DNA of 64,000 nucleotides from a virus, in IMG/VR virus record IMGVR_UViG_3300034418_007766, positions 26,725 through 90,724 of that record; one strand, given 5' to 3'. Each line of letters starts with the position of its first letter. The first letter of the stretch is position 1. The notes under the pieces are model-generated. The model was not told the DNA's origin, did not search any database, and was given only the letters and a program-made list of their open reading frames with translations. A program made the position numbers and the translations under genes. Below, piece by piece: positions 32,901 to 41,375 of the stretch.

Positions 32901-33921
32901 CGTCTTCTGAAGTTGGAGTTCCTGCACCTTGGAACGGCGAGGGATGATCGTGCAATGTAAGTGCACCAGTCATGGTATCGCCTTCTCTACGGACTATACT
33001 TTTTCTTGGAAGTATTGCATTGCCTTTCCAAAATCCTGACAAAGCACCATCACTATCGTCCCAGTTTGCATCCTTGAATGTTTGCGAGCCTGTTCCGCCG
33101 GTAGCAATAATCTGGTTTGTGTTGTTTAATGCATCGTTAGCAGTTGGGTGAATAGTAACTTGATTAGAAGTAGATCTACGCAAATAATAAGTATCACCAC
33201 TTGTAAGATTGGTTGCATCAGTTCCATCTGAATTATATAACCATGGACTACCTGTTACTGCTTCAGTCCATCCATGGGACACAATATTAGCTGCTCCATT
33301 AGTATAGCTTGCAATAGTTTTGGTATAATCTGCTGCATCAACTGGCTCATCTGCTACTGTAGGGCCAACTCCAAAATGATTGCGTGGAACATATTTTCTG
33401 TCAGCCAACCCAACACTTGGAACAACATGATCAATGTCAACATCTGGATCATGCACGGTATTCCAGCTGTCAACAAGTTGCTGGCGAGTAGCATCTCCTA
33501 GTATTAGTGGGTGTGTAGTATCACTGTAAGCAATAGCTGCACCCATTTTCAATGGAGATGAAATAGTAGGACTATTGTCAGTTTCGATGTTTACGTTTAT
33601 AACACGTAATTTGAGTTGATTGCCTTCAACAGTGAATGCAATTGTATTATCAGGATCATTAGGATCAGCATTGTTAGCATCAGAAACTAGGTCGTAAAAA
33701 TCAATACCAGTTCCAGCTTGATTGACTAATAAAACTTTACCTTCGTTTCCAACTGTGCTATTTGGTGTATCGTTAAGTGTGGTGAAACTAATTTGTCCAC
33801 CTAATCCAAAAACAGCATAGAGTTCATTAAAATTTTCGTTTACCTTTTTGAAGGATTCACGGATACTATCGCCTGTGCCGTCATTACCCTCTACACCAAT
33901 ATCTACTTCTTGTTTAGCCAT
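26998..33921 (-). CDS. very large tail-fibre/tail-associated protein (2307 aa) with C-terminal intramolecular chaperone domain
   Basis: NDGTGDSIRESFKKVNENF N-terminus; AATKYYVD / AVTKDYVD fibre motifs; C-terminal ADLAENY...YEPGTVL...GRVP peptidase-G2/IMC-like domain. Confidence 0.75.
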   Translation of the reverse strand: MAKQEVDIGVEGNDGTGDSIRESFKKVNENFNELYAVFGLGGQISFTTLNDTPNSTVGNEGKVLLVNQAGTGIDFYDLVSDANNADPNDPDNTIAFTVEGNQLKLRVINVNIETDNSPTISSPLKMGAAIAYSDTTHPLILGDATRQQLVDSWNTVHDPDVDIDHVVPSVGLADRKYVPRNHFGVGPTVADEPVDAADYTKTIASYTNGAANIVSHGWTEAVTGSPWLYNSDGTDATNLTSGDTYYLRRSTSNQVTIHPTANDALNNTNQIIATGGTGSQTFKDANWDDSDGALSGFWKGNAILPRKSIVRREGDTMTGALTLHDHPSPFQGAGTPTSEDDLQAATKYYVDAQQYSLSENIYVNISGDDTQSQTPPGRAGRSEKYAYRTIAAACARAARLQEAAMPDVGPYVQTLQFTDGTGTNPGYVTNYLNTGYTASTADAATVAAAFTANLQSVIDQTVAHIESTFPNFVYDESICRRDLALIHQSIRLDILASTSSIKHNYLSVYAGLRYFSNASGEIAIDTGGGGQYTETVSALQFAKVTMLAAVNTALGGSATGNVWYLTAAARFDDVLDTINTATADPAFVEASNNYKLYVYSGNNKFLTQAGDPAEDEPNTDIFPGKIVRGKRSGAVGFIEDYTRGIDDSANGFPTHDTISLKLLLPIEFDDEEEIEYGAFVKKQQISIRIETGVYEEQLPIRLPPNVSIKGDEFRRVIIRPAAGMSLSPAANTYFYRDATIDGNTTATAGEAYVNDLTGDTDGYFGRHYLTDPTSEMDISSFGATNPGKFSEAADLISLNRQFIIDRTISFINDAYPALVYNETKCRRDTGYIVDGIESDLRTGGRIQSGINQKAYAANVVPGQETETEAAINNIATIITSVLAQTAYGGAGGDTGRVSNNNLVAETNANTNASALVSFVAYAFDASYNPPLDNNQMDMFLCSDNTIIRNVTAQRQGGFMMVLDPEGAIFTRSPYAQTCSSFAKSGVTQKIFAGGMFIDGYCYNVPMTVIQGGNSDPFRIQVEAPTTSILGFRKPTVPCSFFEFGRRYQVNAIVDYVPDNGAGKATATLVLDAGANGGNGLDDETDSAGGPIPIILQGAGNKSMLANDYTQINDLGYGVIARNNALSELVSVFTYYCHTGYLSSNGSQIRSLTGNNSYGNYGMVAEGSDPDEVAKLVTIGQDLTQPVKIFNVDQEVEITGNSSGIARGDILRQYDTVTGNIANANVIFNDDNATNSIISVNRHVSATTRYDYAFNDTDEITLNSVTNDGSLLATTRYVIGSINGSDWTTVGAASNTIGLAFTATGTNAGGSGTVYQSYGVPVSLVNRDFGGTKGAQRAFIYDATNYPLNASQLEIHHNDSETTFQPYEVINVSDTGREIPSDYVDGTIDDDIGSFPGLIGKKIWRLEFTSGTGGEVSTETTGLQFNVAHATNAVLTSQQNIILNGITSATLTRPSTALIFDEQETVTYRTLAFENTLTAGVPAIGAQTRVTIDDNFDYIDLVVSNDFAGQSPATYSLTGGTTLGDTQGDQHIAVSTILSAADQNRINLGDDATADMIFAWQGKVHVITGYQVVTDSGTGTDFGIISFSDKYNISDTYVGSGLAARASNAAGNNITLQVGLQEAESGSVTVNISTCRATSHDFLDIGTGGYNTSNYPDRIFGGPKIAAVTDEESLDSEGFASKAQVQERNRGRVFFASTDQDGFFRVGRFFTVDQGTGRITFNAALVLTNIDGIGFKRGVRVNEFSADDTFTNATADAVPVETAVEGYIDRRLGMDRNGTALAGAELIPQTTGGFLPLSGILPLAGNLRMGNNQIIDLATPTSPSDAVTKDYVDTGLANQDELSELEDTTISSPAAGEFLIYKDATDGWINTGFDTNVANSDFSMTFDATSGLMEGQINAGAIENADVSNTAGIAQSKLSLQAATTFDEDDGSTGWGNGTFVQSTLGMSIYSDENFEVELDSATLTGRVRIKALGISNDELAGSITNAKLSNSSISVGDGTANVDVPLGNAVRIQGTANEVSITTTEPSTGNVTFVIGLPSKISANVDGDIYNGTDVILDVSTGELTGNADSADTIKTISNSANSTQYLTFVADNNASATAETLRTDTGITYNPNTNLLTVGGAISGGGTITAGSASTITAPGGFRGPGNGSGADNGQTIGTSGDIFNTVYATTFAGVATKALYADLAENYKGDTDYEPGTVLVFGGDEEVTTTNTKGDRRVAGVVTTNPAHIMNSELKGEHVVGVALQGRVPTKVLGRVEKGDLLVTAAKAGYAIVDNNPKMGTVIGKALQSKQDDGYGTIEVVVGRV

Positions 33922-33932
33922 TTTTTATTCCT

Positions 33933-34298
33933 TTACCATTGTGGTATATCTAATCTATCCATATCAAAATTTACACTCACTCCACAACCACACGAACTTT
34001 GTGCATTTGGATTGCGTATTTCAAAGTTTGCTCCAACCAAACTTCTAACATAATCTACTTCGGTCCCAATTAAGAACATCAAACTATGTGAACCTACTAC
34101 AAAAGCACTGCCGTTGGCTGTTTTTACTACTTCATCACCTTCTTCTAAATCTACTGGGCTTGCAATAGTGCCCCAATCATACTCAAAACCTGCACAACCA
34201 CCGCCTTTGATGTTAAGAGTAATGCCGTAGCAATTGTTCTCCTTGCTCAAAAGGTCTATCTGTTTCTCTGCTGCTGGTGTTAAAGTTAGTATGCTCAT
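33933..34298 (-). CDS. A-type Fe-S cluster carrier (IscA/SufA/HesB)
   Basis: GGGCAGFEY and SCGCGVS motifs. Confidence 0.92.
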   Translation of the reverse strand: MSILTLTPAAEKQIDLLSKENNCYGITLNIKGGGCAGFEYDWGTIASPVDLEEGDEVVKTANGSAFVVGSHSLMFLIGTEVDYVRSLVGANFEIRNPNAQSSCGCGVSVNFDMDRLDIPQW

Positions 34299-34354
34299 AG
34301 TGATCCTTTCTAATATTTATGGCTAGTTTTTATAATCTTAATGTAAATATAGTT

Positions 34355-34642
34355 ATGTATATAAAAGAATATTTGATAGATACTTGGCATATGCGCCGTA
34401 GTAAACTTGGTAATCAACATACCTATAATCGCAAAAAAACAATGGTAGTTTTACGTTGTGATTCATGTGATAAGGAATTTTCACGTGAAAGAGGTAGTAT
34501 GGACCCAAAACGTTTGAGTAATAACTATTTTCACGTTTGTGAAAACTGTGATGCAAAACGATTTGCACAACAAAAGGGAGTAGATAAACGTATGGTTTGG
34601 CAACTAAAAGCCAGCAGTGATTTACCCATTAACAAATTTTAG
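34355..34642 (+). CDS. zinc-ribbon hypothetical protein
   Basis: CDSC / CENC; TAAATA 5 nt before the ATG. Confidence 0.7.
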   Translation: MYIKEYLIDTWHMRRSKLGNQHTYNRKKTMVVLRCDSCDKEFSRERGSMDPKRLSNNYFHVCENCDAKRFAQQKGVDKRMVWQLKASSDLPINKF

Positions 34643-35182
34643 CGTTCGGAAAAAATCAAAATCAAGTTGATATAACTCGGTTAGATGAGCCATAACTTTG
34701 TATTTGTCTTTTTCAATAAAATCAAGTATCATTTTTTTGTATTTTTTCCTAAATGGTTCTTGATGAGTTTGCAAAATTCTATCAAAGCAGTTATAATCTT
34801 GATTGATTTCTTCTAACACATTTTTGTGATACCAATATGGTTTGATATTCAACCCATGGTAATTGTAAAATGATGATTGTAATGAAGTATGAAAGTCCCA
34901 AGGTTGCGGTTTATTTGTTAACCATTTTTGTAAATTTAATTTAATACCTTTATCACTCATAGGCTTCCATGGCGGACCTTCAGGATAAGCAAAATATTCA
35001 ACTGTGCCGCTAATCCATCTGTTCACAGGATCTCTAAATATAACAATTGCGTCTGTATTCTGAGGTAGTCCTATTTTATCGTTAAGCACAAACTGTTTGT
35101 TTAGTCCAAGCATTATGCTTTCGCTGCAATTTTTTGCAATAGTCAAAAAGGCTAGATTTCTAGCCTCATTATAAAAAATCAT
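34622..35182 (-). CDS. sulfotransferase family 2-like protein
   Basis: IAKNCSES (5'-PSB-like) and RDPVNRWISG (3'-PB-like). Confidence 0.6.
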   Translation of the reverse strand: MIFYNEARNLAFLTIAKNCSESIMLGLNKQFVLNDKIGLPQNTDAIVIFRDPVNRWISGTVEYFAYPEGPPWKPMSDKGIKLNLQKWLTNKPQPWDFHTSLQSSFYNYHGLNIKPYWYHKNVLEEINQDYNCFDRILQTHQEPFRKKYKKMILDFIEKDKYKVMAHLTELYQLDFDFFRTLKFVNG

Positions 35183-35340
35183 TCAGCTTTCCAAATTGTC
35201 CATGCGCCATAAGCAATAGCTGCATATGCAGCAAGTTTTGCAAACGGGCCAGCAATCAAAACAACTAGTCCAACTGCTATCAATGCTGCTCCATCCCAGG
35301 ATGTGCGTTCATCTAGTCTTTTTGTGATCCATTTTTTCAT
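35179..35340 (-). CDS. 53-aa two-TM membrane protein (not in ORF track)
   Basis: MKKWITKRLDERTSWDGAALIAVGL...; ATGA overlaps at both ends. Confidence 0.7.
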   Translation of the reverse strand: MKKWITKRLDERTSWDGAALIAVGLVVLIAGPFAKLAAYAAIAYGAWTIWKAE

Positions 35341-35579
35341 GATAGTTTCCTTACCTTCTTCTCAAGCATTTCAATACGCAGATCTTGAGCACGTAATTTT
35401 TCTTCTAATCCTTGCACGTAGGCTCTAGTAGGAACTTCACGTTCCATTCCATCCTCTCCCAACATGCTGTAATGATCAGATCCTTGTCCTCTCAGACCTC
35501 CTAAAACTCTGTTAGGGTTTTTATCTTTTATAACACCTTGTGGTGTTTTAGATCCATACATTTTTTCCAAGTAGTTCAT
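35337..35579 (-). CDS. hypothetical protein
   Basis: TAAATA 4 nt before the ATG. Confidence 0.7.
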   Translation of the reverse strand: MNYLEKMYGSKTPQGVIKDKNPNRVLGGLRGQGSDHYSMLGEDGMEREVPTRAYVQGLEEKLRAQDLRIEMLEKKVRKLS

Positions 35580-36250
35580 AAGGTATTTACCTCCCTTTCC
35601 ACCTTGACATATGAAATAATATCATCAATAGCAGAAATTACTTCAGGCGTAATTTCTGATTTTATGTCGTCTTGTGTAATATCATTATTTTTATTTAAAT
35701 TAAATAGTTCTAAACTTTCATCAACTGTTTTAATTGCCTTTACATGCTGTTGTTGATTTTCTATATCTACTATATAACATTTGGCTCTTAAACTAAGAGG
35801 AATGATATAGTTGTAGGTAAAATATGGACTAAAAACACAGTGTGATTTCCACTGTGAATCACTATAGCCTGTTCTGTTTTGGGCATACATCATAGAAACA
35901 TCAAAATTAAATGTTTGAACGTATTTGTTACGAAAATGCCATGTCCATGCTTTAACATAATTTACATGTTCTAACACGCTGACCGATTTAGGATAATCAA
36001 AACCTCCTGGTAATTTTCCAGCCTTCATCCATCTATATCCACTGATATACCAATCATATGGATTTCTACTTAATAGTATGCATTTATCAAAGCGAGATAT
36101 GCGATCATTGATAAATTTCAAATCCTCTCTGCCATACAATCCCAGAGCACCGTTAGTTCCTTTACGATAGCTGTGTTCTAAACTTGTGCTTGCTGTTTTA
36201 CAAGGTGCACAAATTATCACTTTATTATCTGAATTATATATCCATAACAT
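35576..36250 (-). CDS. sulfotransferase-like protein
   Basis: PCKTASTS and RNPYDWYISG motifs. Confidence 0.6.
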   Translation of the reverse strand: MLWIYNSDNKVIICAPCKTASTSLEHSYRKGTNGALGLYGREDLKFINDRISRFDKCILLSRNPYDWYISGYRWMKAGKLPGGFDYPKSVSVLEHVNYVKAWTWHFRNKYVQTFNFDVSMMYAQNRTGYSDSQWKSHCVFSPYFTYNYIIPLSLRAKCYIVDIENQQQHVKAIKTVDESLELFNLNKNNDITQDDIKSEITPEVISAIDDIISYVKVEREVNTL

Positions 36251-36830
36251 AATGAAACCTTTTACAATAATCAGCAGATATTTTATATAATAAATCTTTT
36301 GATAGAGTATTTAAACGAGGATATGGTATCCGAGAACTAGTTTTGTTTAATAATGGAATGTTGTATATATCAAAAGTTTTAAAAAATTCATCAATATTTT
36401 CTAACTTTATAGGTATAGCATTTTCGTCACAATATTGATCTGGCATAACACTGCAATGATCGCTCCAGAAACCATCAAATGCTTGATAATTTTGTGTTCT
36501 TTCTAAATATACATCATGTAGATGCTTTTCAAAATTAGTATGATACTTAAAATGTTTTGGATTCTTTTGTAGACTTTGTAAGAACCTAAATCCACTTACA
36601 AGCCATTTTACAGGATGTCTTACAATTACATAATGCGTATAATCGTTTAGATTTCTATTTGTAAGTTCACATACTTTTAGAGTTTTTTCTAATGCTGATA
36701 AAGGTATCTCATCAAATTTTGGGTTTGCGTAAATATCTATCCAGTCTTTTGGTAAAGCTGTTGCAAAAGTTTCAGTGCCACATTTCATTGGCACTGATAT
36801 GATTATACCTTTTTCGTCATTTACAAACAT
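36234..36830 (-). CDS. sulfotransferase-like protein
   Basis: PMKCGTET, RHPVKWLVSG and IKLENI motifs. Confidence 0.6.
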   Translation of the reverse strand: MFVNDEKGIIISVPMKCGTETFATALPKDWIDIYANPKFDEIPLSALEKTLKVCELTNRNLNDYTHYVIVRHPVKWLVSGFRFLQSLQKNPKHFKYHTNFEKHLHDVYLERTQNYQAFDGFWSDHCSVMPDQYCDENAIPIKLENIDEFFKTFDIYNIPLLNKTSSRIPYPRLNTLSKDLLYKISADYCKRFHYVMDI

Positions 36831-37933
36831 TATGCTGCGTTAGGTATACCTATAAACGGATCTTTACTTATGTAATACCTTTGTAATAATTGATCACTTG
36901 CCAAGTTCTTCATCTTAGCTTCTACCATGATGTCAGCCCATTCCCAATGGGACAATGCCCAGTCGTTACACGCATCATTCCAGCAGTAGTCTGAATGTGC
37001 TCTAAGTTTTTGTTTTTTGTAGCCTGCTTCTAAAAGTCTTTCCATATCTGGTCTAACATTTGATCTATGTCCTTCGAGATACTCCGGACGGCAAAGGCTG
37101 TAATGCATAGCAGGACGAACACCACGCCAGCTATCAATAATACGCTTGATCCTATCGTCATTTGCTTCTATATACTCTCCTGTGTTTACCCAGTGATGGT
37201 GTATGTCTAATACCAATGCACAATGATCTGCTAGTTCTAGGCTTGCTTCGAGACCCCACTTGTTTTCGTCATTTTCGATAGTAATACAGTTTCGTGCTTC
37301 TGGAGACAGTCTTGGAAGGACGTCGATGATACCGGCTGGACCTTTGCGTCCTGAGATGTGGACGTTACATTTGAAGTCTTGCCAGTTTTTACCGTAGCCC
37401 ATCCACCTCGCGAGATTGATGTGATATTCGAACTCATCTATTGACCTTTCTACAATTTCCTCGTTATCGGAGGCGAGCACCGTAAATTGTCCTGGGTGCA
37501 TTGATAATCTGACATCCAAAAGCCTTGCGGCCTCACCAACCTTTGAATATTCTCTTTCGCAGTATTCAACAACGTCAGGCTTAGACCAAAAATACATCCA
37601 GCTAGACTCGGTAGCACAAGGAAGCTGATTGCTACCCAATCGGACCATACGAAGTTCTGGAGGAAGGCTTCCCACATATTCTACTAACCTCTTTGCTGCC
37701 GCTGCGTTATGGACCATAATGTCCCATAGTCGTTGTTCTGCAACATCCTTACTCTGTCTATTTAGCCATGCTACTGTTGTGCATTTCTCAGTTAGTGGGC
37801 GTTGTAGTTCTTCTAGTATCTTAGGCTTTTGTGTTTGGTCATGATGCAAATACTTACACGCAAAGCCTATACGTTTAGGAGTTTCTAAACTTTTCATGTA
37901 ATCGCCTGCGGTTGTAAATTTAAGATCATTCAT
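36830..37933 (-). CDS. uvsE: UV damage endonuclease
   Basis: RLSMHPGQF, IENDE, LDIHHH and RAHSD motifs. Confidence 0.92.
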   Translation of the reverse strand: MNDLKFTTAGDYMKSLETPKRIGFACKYLHHDQTQKPKILEELQRPLTEKCTTVAWLNRQSKDVAEQRLWDIMVHNAAAAKRLVEYVGSLPPELRMVRLGSNQLPCATESSWMYFWSKPDVVEYCEREYSKVGEAARLLDVRLSMHPGQFTVLASDNEEIVERSIDEFEYHINLARWMGYGKNWQDFKCNVHISGRKGPAGIIDVLPRLSPEARNCITIENDENKWGLEASLELADHCALVLDIHHHWVNTGEYIEANDDRIKRIIDSWRGVRPAMHYSLCRPEYLEGHRSNVRPDMERLLEAGYKKQKLRAHSDYCWNDACNDWALSHWEWADIMVEAKMKNLASDQLLQRYYISKDPFIGIPNAA

Positions 37934-38097
37934 TTATATTTTCCATCTAATGTGGTGTGCTTACTGTTATACCATGCCCAACAAACACAATTAAACATAT
38001 TATACTTGACATACCAAGCTAAGTCAACCTGATTATCGCCATACATACGTCTACCTTCTTTGCGTAAATGTTTATACCAAAGTAAAAAATCCTGCAT
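37930..38097 (-). CDS. 55-aa hypothetical protein (not in ORF track)
   Basis: MQDFLLWYKHLRKEG...; ATGA overlap with uvsE. Confidence 0.5.
   Translation of the reverse strand: MQDFLLWYKHLRKEGRRMYGDNQVDLAWYVKYNMFNCVCWAWYNSKHTTLDGKYK
37999..38027 (-). promoter_or_regulatory. sigma70-type promoter for uvsE
   Basis: TTGACT-17-TATAAT with an internal TTGAC..GTCAA dyad. Confidence 0.75.
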
Positions 38098-38102
38098 TCT
38101 AT

Positions 38103-38930
38103 TCATCGCCAGTTCTCAATCACCCAAGGATCTTTGCAATCCTCTGGATTTGGTCTACCATGAAATACTGCAATACTTTGTTGTTTTTCTACTTTTGGAT
38201 AGCCAATATTTTTGAATACTCTAACACCGTTACGCAATTCTAAATCTCGCCTATCACGCATTTCCCATTTATAACTACGCACCCATTCATCTGGCCAAAA
38301 TGTAAAAGGTCTTGCACCTCTATACATCCAATCTTGGTCCCCTGGTAAACGTCTTATGTTGTGATCTTTGTTATCTAAAAAATCTTGATATTGATGAGCT
38401 CTACTGCCAATGCGTAATCTAAATACACTGCTGTTGACTCTATCCCATGTTGCTCTAATACTTCTATTGAAGTCTCTAATTATCACAAAATCTTTTTCTG
38501 GTTCGAAGTTAAAAAATCTATCTATATTGTTACATATGACTACATCGAGATCTAAAAACAATAGTGTTCCTCTAATAGGCAACTCGGTGCTAAAAAACCA
38601 TGGCTTAAACCACCATCCTTGTATCTTGTCTATATTGGGCAAAGGATGAATACATACACCATTTTGTATACCGGCAGCATTATCTGTAAAACAATGAAAC
38701 TGGTAAGTTTGTTGGCTATGTCGATTACACATGTTATAGAGTTTGTTTACATAGTCTGCAGAATACTTGGTTCCCCATTTCAAACACACAATATGTTTAT
38801 CTAGTTTAGGTGTTTCAGCAATCTTGGTAGCATCCTCAAAAACTGCATTGCAGTCTTTAGCTGTTTTTTCTATTGCTTTGCGAGCTTTGCGTTGTGCTTT
38901 AGTTTCGCCCGGATTGTATTTCTTAGCCAT
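38103..38930 (-). CDS. GT-A fold glycosyltransferase-like protein
   Basis: CLKWGTKY, FLDLD (DxD), NSSVF, GDQDW and FHGRPNP motifs. Confidence 0.75.
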   Translation of the reverse strand: MAKKYNPGETKAQRKARKAIEKTAKDCNAVFEDATKIAETPKLDKHIVCLKWGTKYSADYVNKLYNMCNRHSQQTYQFHCFTDNAAGIQNGVCIHPLPNIDKIQGWWFKPWFFSTELPIRGTLLFLDLDVVICNNIDRFFNFEPEKDFVIIRDFNRSIRATWDRVNSSVFRLRIGSRAHQYQDFLDNKDHNIRRLPGDQDWMYRGARPFTFWPDEWVRSYKWEMRDRRDLELRNGVRVFKNIGYPKVEKQQSIAVFHGRPNPEDCKDPWVIENWR

Positions 38931-39399
38931 CTACAAAAGACATCTTCTGCACTTGAAAAGGTGTATAAATTGCGCTGTTAGCACCATGCTCTGCACATTC
39001 TACACTTTCGCACCAGCAACGATTATCTGTCATTTCTTTGACAAGATCATTAGCAAACTTCCATGCATGATAAGCAAACTTTTCTACTCCTACACCATCT
39101 AAGAGTGTAAGTTCTGCTAGTCCTTTTTCTTGTAGCAATTCAAATGTTGCCATTTCCGGATCATCATTATCCAATACAACTTTGTGATCAAATGTATCTT
39201 CAAGCCATGCCTTCAATGGTTTTAATCCACCAAAGTCCACAACCCAGTTGCGTTCATCTAATTCACTTGCTCCAAACGTAAATTTAAATTGTAAACTGTA
39301 TCCATGTAAAAATTTACAATGGCTATGTGCTTTAGGTTGTCTAAAGCAGGCACTCAATCCAATGTTGTGCCCATATGTTTTCGTGCTATAGTAACTCAT
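38923..39399 (-). CDS. queD: 6-carboxytetrahydropterin synthase (QueD/PTPS family)
   Basis: CKFLHGY, VVDFGGLK and FDHK motifs. Confidence 0.88.
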   Translation of the reverse strand: MSYYSTKTYGHNIGLSACFRQPKAHSHCKFLHGYSLQFKFTFGASELDERNWVVDFGGLKPLKAWLEDTFDHKVVLDNDDPEMATFELLQEKGLAELTLLDGVGVEKFAYHAWKFANDLVKEMTDNRCWCESVECAEHGANSAIYTPFQVQKMSFVDG

Positions 39400-39463
39400 A
39401 TTATACTCCTCGGCTACTGGAGTGTGCGGAATGTTTATAGAGGGGCGAACACATTAGTCCTCT
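39400..39463 (-). ncRNA. preQ1-I-like pseudoknot leader, candidate riboswitch
   Basis: AGAGG/CCTCT stem, loop AATG pairs with CATT after ATAAA, anti-SD ACTCC/GGAGT hairpin; upstream of queD. Confidence 0.5.
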
Positions 39464-39470
39464 TAGTTTA

Positions 39471-39499
39471 ATAATACTAGTTATCAGATTGGTTGTCAA
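39471..39499 (-). promoter_or_regulatory. sigma70-type promoter for the queD leader
   Basis: TTGACA-17-TATTAT. Confidence 0.7.
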
Positions 39500-39791
39500 C
39501 CTTTAGTTCTTCTCGAATATTTTTAAGTTCATTGCTTACTTCTTTGATACCGATGTTTGTGCTAGATAAAATCTTTACTAACATATGAATACTTTTCATT
39601 GTCCACCACCACCAAATCACTGCTGTGACAAAATACAATCCACAGGCAATGAAGAACAGTGTTTGTGTGCTACAAAAACTGAATAGCCAAGCCAACATAA
39701 GAAGGCCAGTAAAAAAAATGGGCGCCAGTATTGCTGCTCTGTTCCATAACAATACTTGACGCTCCAATGCTTCAAGTGTAATATTTTTCAT
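39477..39791 (-). CDS. two-TM membrane protein
   Basis: Two hydrophobic helices; TAAATA 4 nt before the ATG. Confidence 0.65.
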   Translation of the reverse strand: MKNITLEALERQVLLWNRAAILAPIFFTGLLMLAWLFSFCSTQTLFFIACGLYFVTAVIWWWWTMKSIHMLVKILSSTNIGIKEVSNELKNIREELKVDNQSDN

Positions 39792-39830
39792 ACAGTATTT
39801 ATTATGTCATATTAGAGTTTATCTATATAT

Positions 39831-40166
39831 TTAATAGTTGGCACCATCCTCATGTCCGTTGCCATACTGGTGATCTACTTCTACTGCTGTAACTCTGTCA
39901 TAGCGGAAACTGCGCCAAGCACTGCGATCCACACACCAAACCACAAATACCTTTTCTTCTAAGTTGCGAATTTTGGTTTGGCTGAGCTTGTCATCTCGTT
40001 GTGCTGGAGGCAACATGCTTGGAACAAGTGTGCTTTGCATTCTACGTTCTTCGCCGTTTAGTTTTTTAAAAGTTATGTAAACCACTTCTTCTACCAGTAG
40101 TTTTTGTAATTCTTCTCGTGTGGGTATGCCTTTTAGAGCTGCTACTGTATCTGCTACTTTGTTCAT
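39831..40166 (-). CDS. SH3/WYL-like beta-barrel phage protein
   Basis: FKKLNGEERRM..TL...AWRSFR pattern. Confidence 0.7.
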   Translation of the reverse strand: MNKVADTVAALKGIPTREELQKLLVEEVVYITFKKLNGEERRMQSTLVPSMLPPAQRDDKLSQTKIRNLEEKVFVVWCVDRSAWRSFRYDRVTAVEVDHQYGNGHEDGANY

Positions 40167-41341
40167 TGTGTTGCCTTTAGAATAATTGTGTCTGCGTTAA
40201 GCCTACCGTTTAGTTTAATATCTGTCGTTTTAATCTCATCCATGAATTTACGCAATTGGACCTTGCCCGCTTTTTTGAACTCTTTGAGTGTTTCGTCAGG
40301 TTTGCGAAGTGTTTTTTGGATACTGGTTTTTTCATTGTAGTGTAAAAGTGTGGTGCCTTTAACTTGTATAGTGGCATGTTCATCTGCTATGTATTTGCCC
40401 AGTTTGCGTGTCTTGATGTTATACACCCAAATTTCTGTAGCACCAATCAATTCCAACGGATTAACACTAACCAATTGTAGTTTGTCGTCTTTTTCGCAAT
40501 ACTTGACTTTTGCTACTAACTTCTCTTTGCTTGGCGCTACTTTCTTGCGTGGTTTACGTGTTGCTTTAGCAGCGTCTATAACCACGCTACAAGCGCCGTG
40601 TAGCAGCTCTAATGCTGTCAAGTATGCTTTAGCGTCTTTTTTAGTAAGGTGGCTGTAGCCTTCGCGTAGCTGCTGTAATTGGTCTTTTTCAAACTCGTCC
40701 TTACAGCGATTGATTTCACCAGGTGTGGGCAGTTTTTGTATTACCCTTGCTTCTTCAAGTTCGCCAGCATAAAAGCTCATGATTTTTCTAGCATGTGCTT
40801 GTGTGACTTTGTGCTTGGCAAAATGTCTAGCAAAGTCAAAACCTTTTGGATCAAAGTTTTTCTTGTCGGTGATAAAACCATCCATCCATGTGTCTATGTC
40901 TTCGCACACATCAATTGCTTGTTCACGAATACGTTCTTGTATGCTTGGCACATACACATTCTTTTTGGTTTTTTCTTCTGCTTTCTTTTCTTCTACAACT
41001 TTGGCACCTTCTTCTGCCAATCCTATTATCCAACGATCAAGTGCGCCTTTGTATCCTTCAACAACTCGATCTGGCCAATGTGTTTCAAAATGTGCTGCTG
41101 TAGCATAGTGACTTTTGCCGCCTACTTTCCAGTCCGGCAGCTTGTTGATATTAGCAACCACTTTTTTATCATAGTTTGCTTTGATATATTCTTTGACTTT
41201 TACTAACCATTGTTTACTGTCGATTTCATAATGGATATAGTAATGAGCTTTTTGCCAACCCCAGTCGTCTTTGATTAGGTCCCATTCGTTAGACTTACGT
41301 GCTGCCCTAGTTTTTTTACGTTTAACTACACCTTTTGCCAT
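40163..41341 (-). CDS. hypothetical phage protein
   Basis: Start MAKGVV with GGAGG RBS; QKTLRKP...NGRLN C-terminus. Confidence 0.75.
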   Translation of the reverse strand: MAKGVVKRKKTRAARKSNEWDLIKDDWGWQKAHYYIHYEIDSKQWLVKVKEYIKANYDKKVVANINKLPDWKVGGKSHYATAAHFETHWPDRVVEGYKGALDRWIIGLAEEGAKVVEEKKAEEKTKKNVYVPSIQERIREQAIDVCEDIDTWMDGFITDKKNFDPKGFDFARHFAKHKVTQAHARKIMSFYAGELEEARVIQKLPTPGEINRCKDEFEKDQLQQLREGYSHLTKKDAKAYLTALELLHGACSVVIDAAKATRKPRKKVAPSKEKLVAKVKYCEKDDKLQLVSVNPLELIGATEIWVYNIKTRKLGKYIADEHATIQVKGTTLLHYNEKTSIQKTLRKPDETLKEFKKAGKVQLRKFMDEIKTTDIKLNGRLNADTIILKATQ

Positions 41342-41375
41342 GTTACCTCCTGTAAACTTATATATACTTGTTTTA

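Noticed and set aside
20750-33921. Numerous plus-strand ORFs (e.g. 21777-22328, 27461-28078) opposite the tail genes
   Set aside because: Antisense shadows of long minus-strand genes, with no RBS or recognisable motifs
38923-39399. Complete 7-deazaguanine DNA-modification system
   Set aside because: Only queD is present in this window; folE, queE, queC and dpdA were not seen
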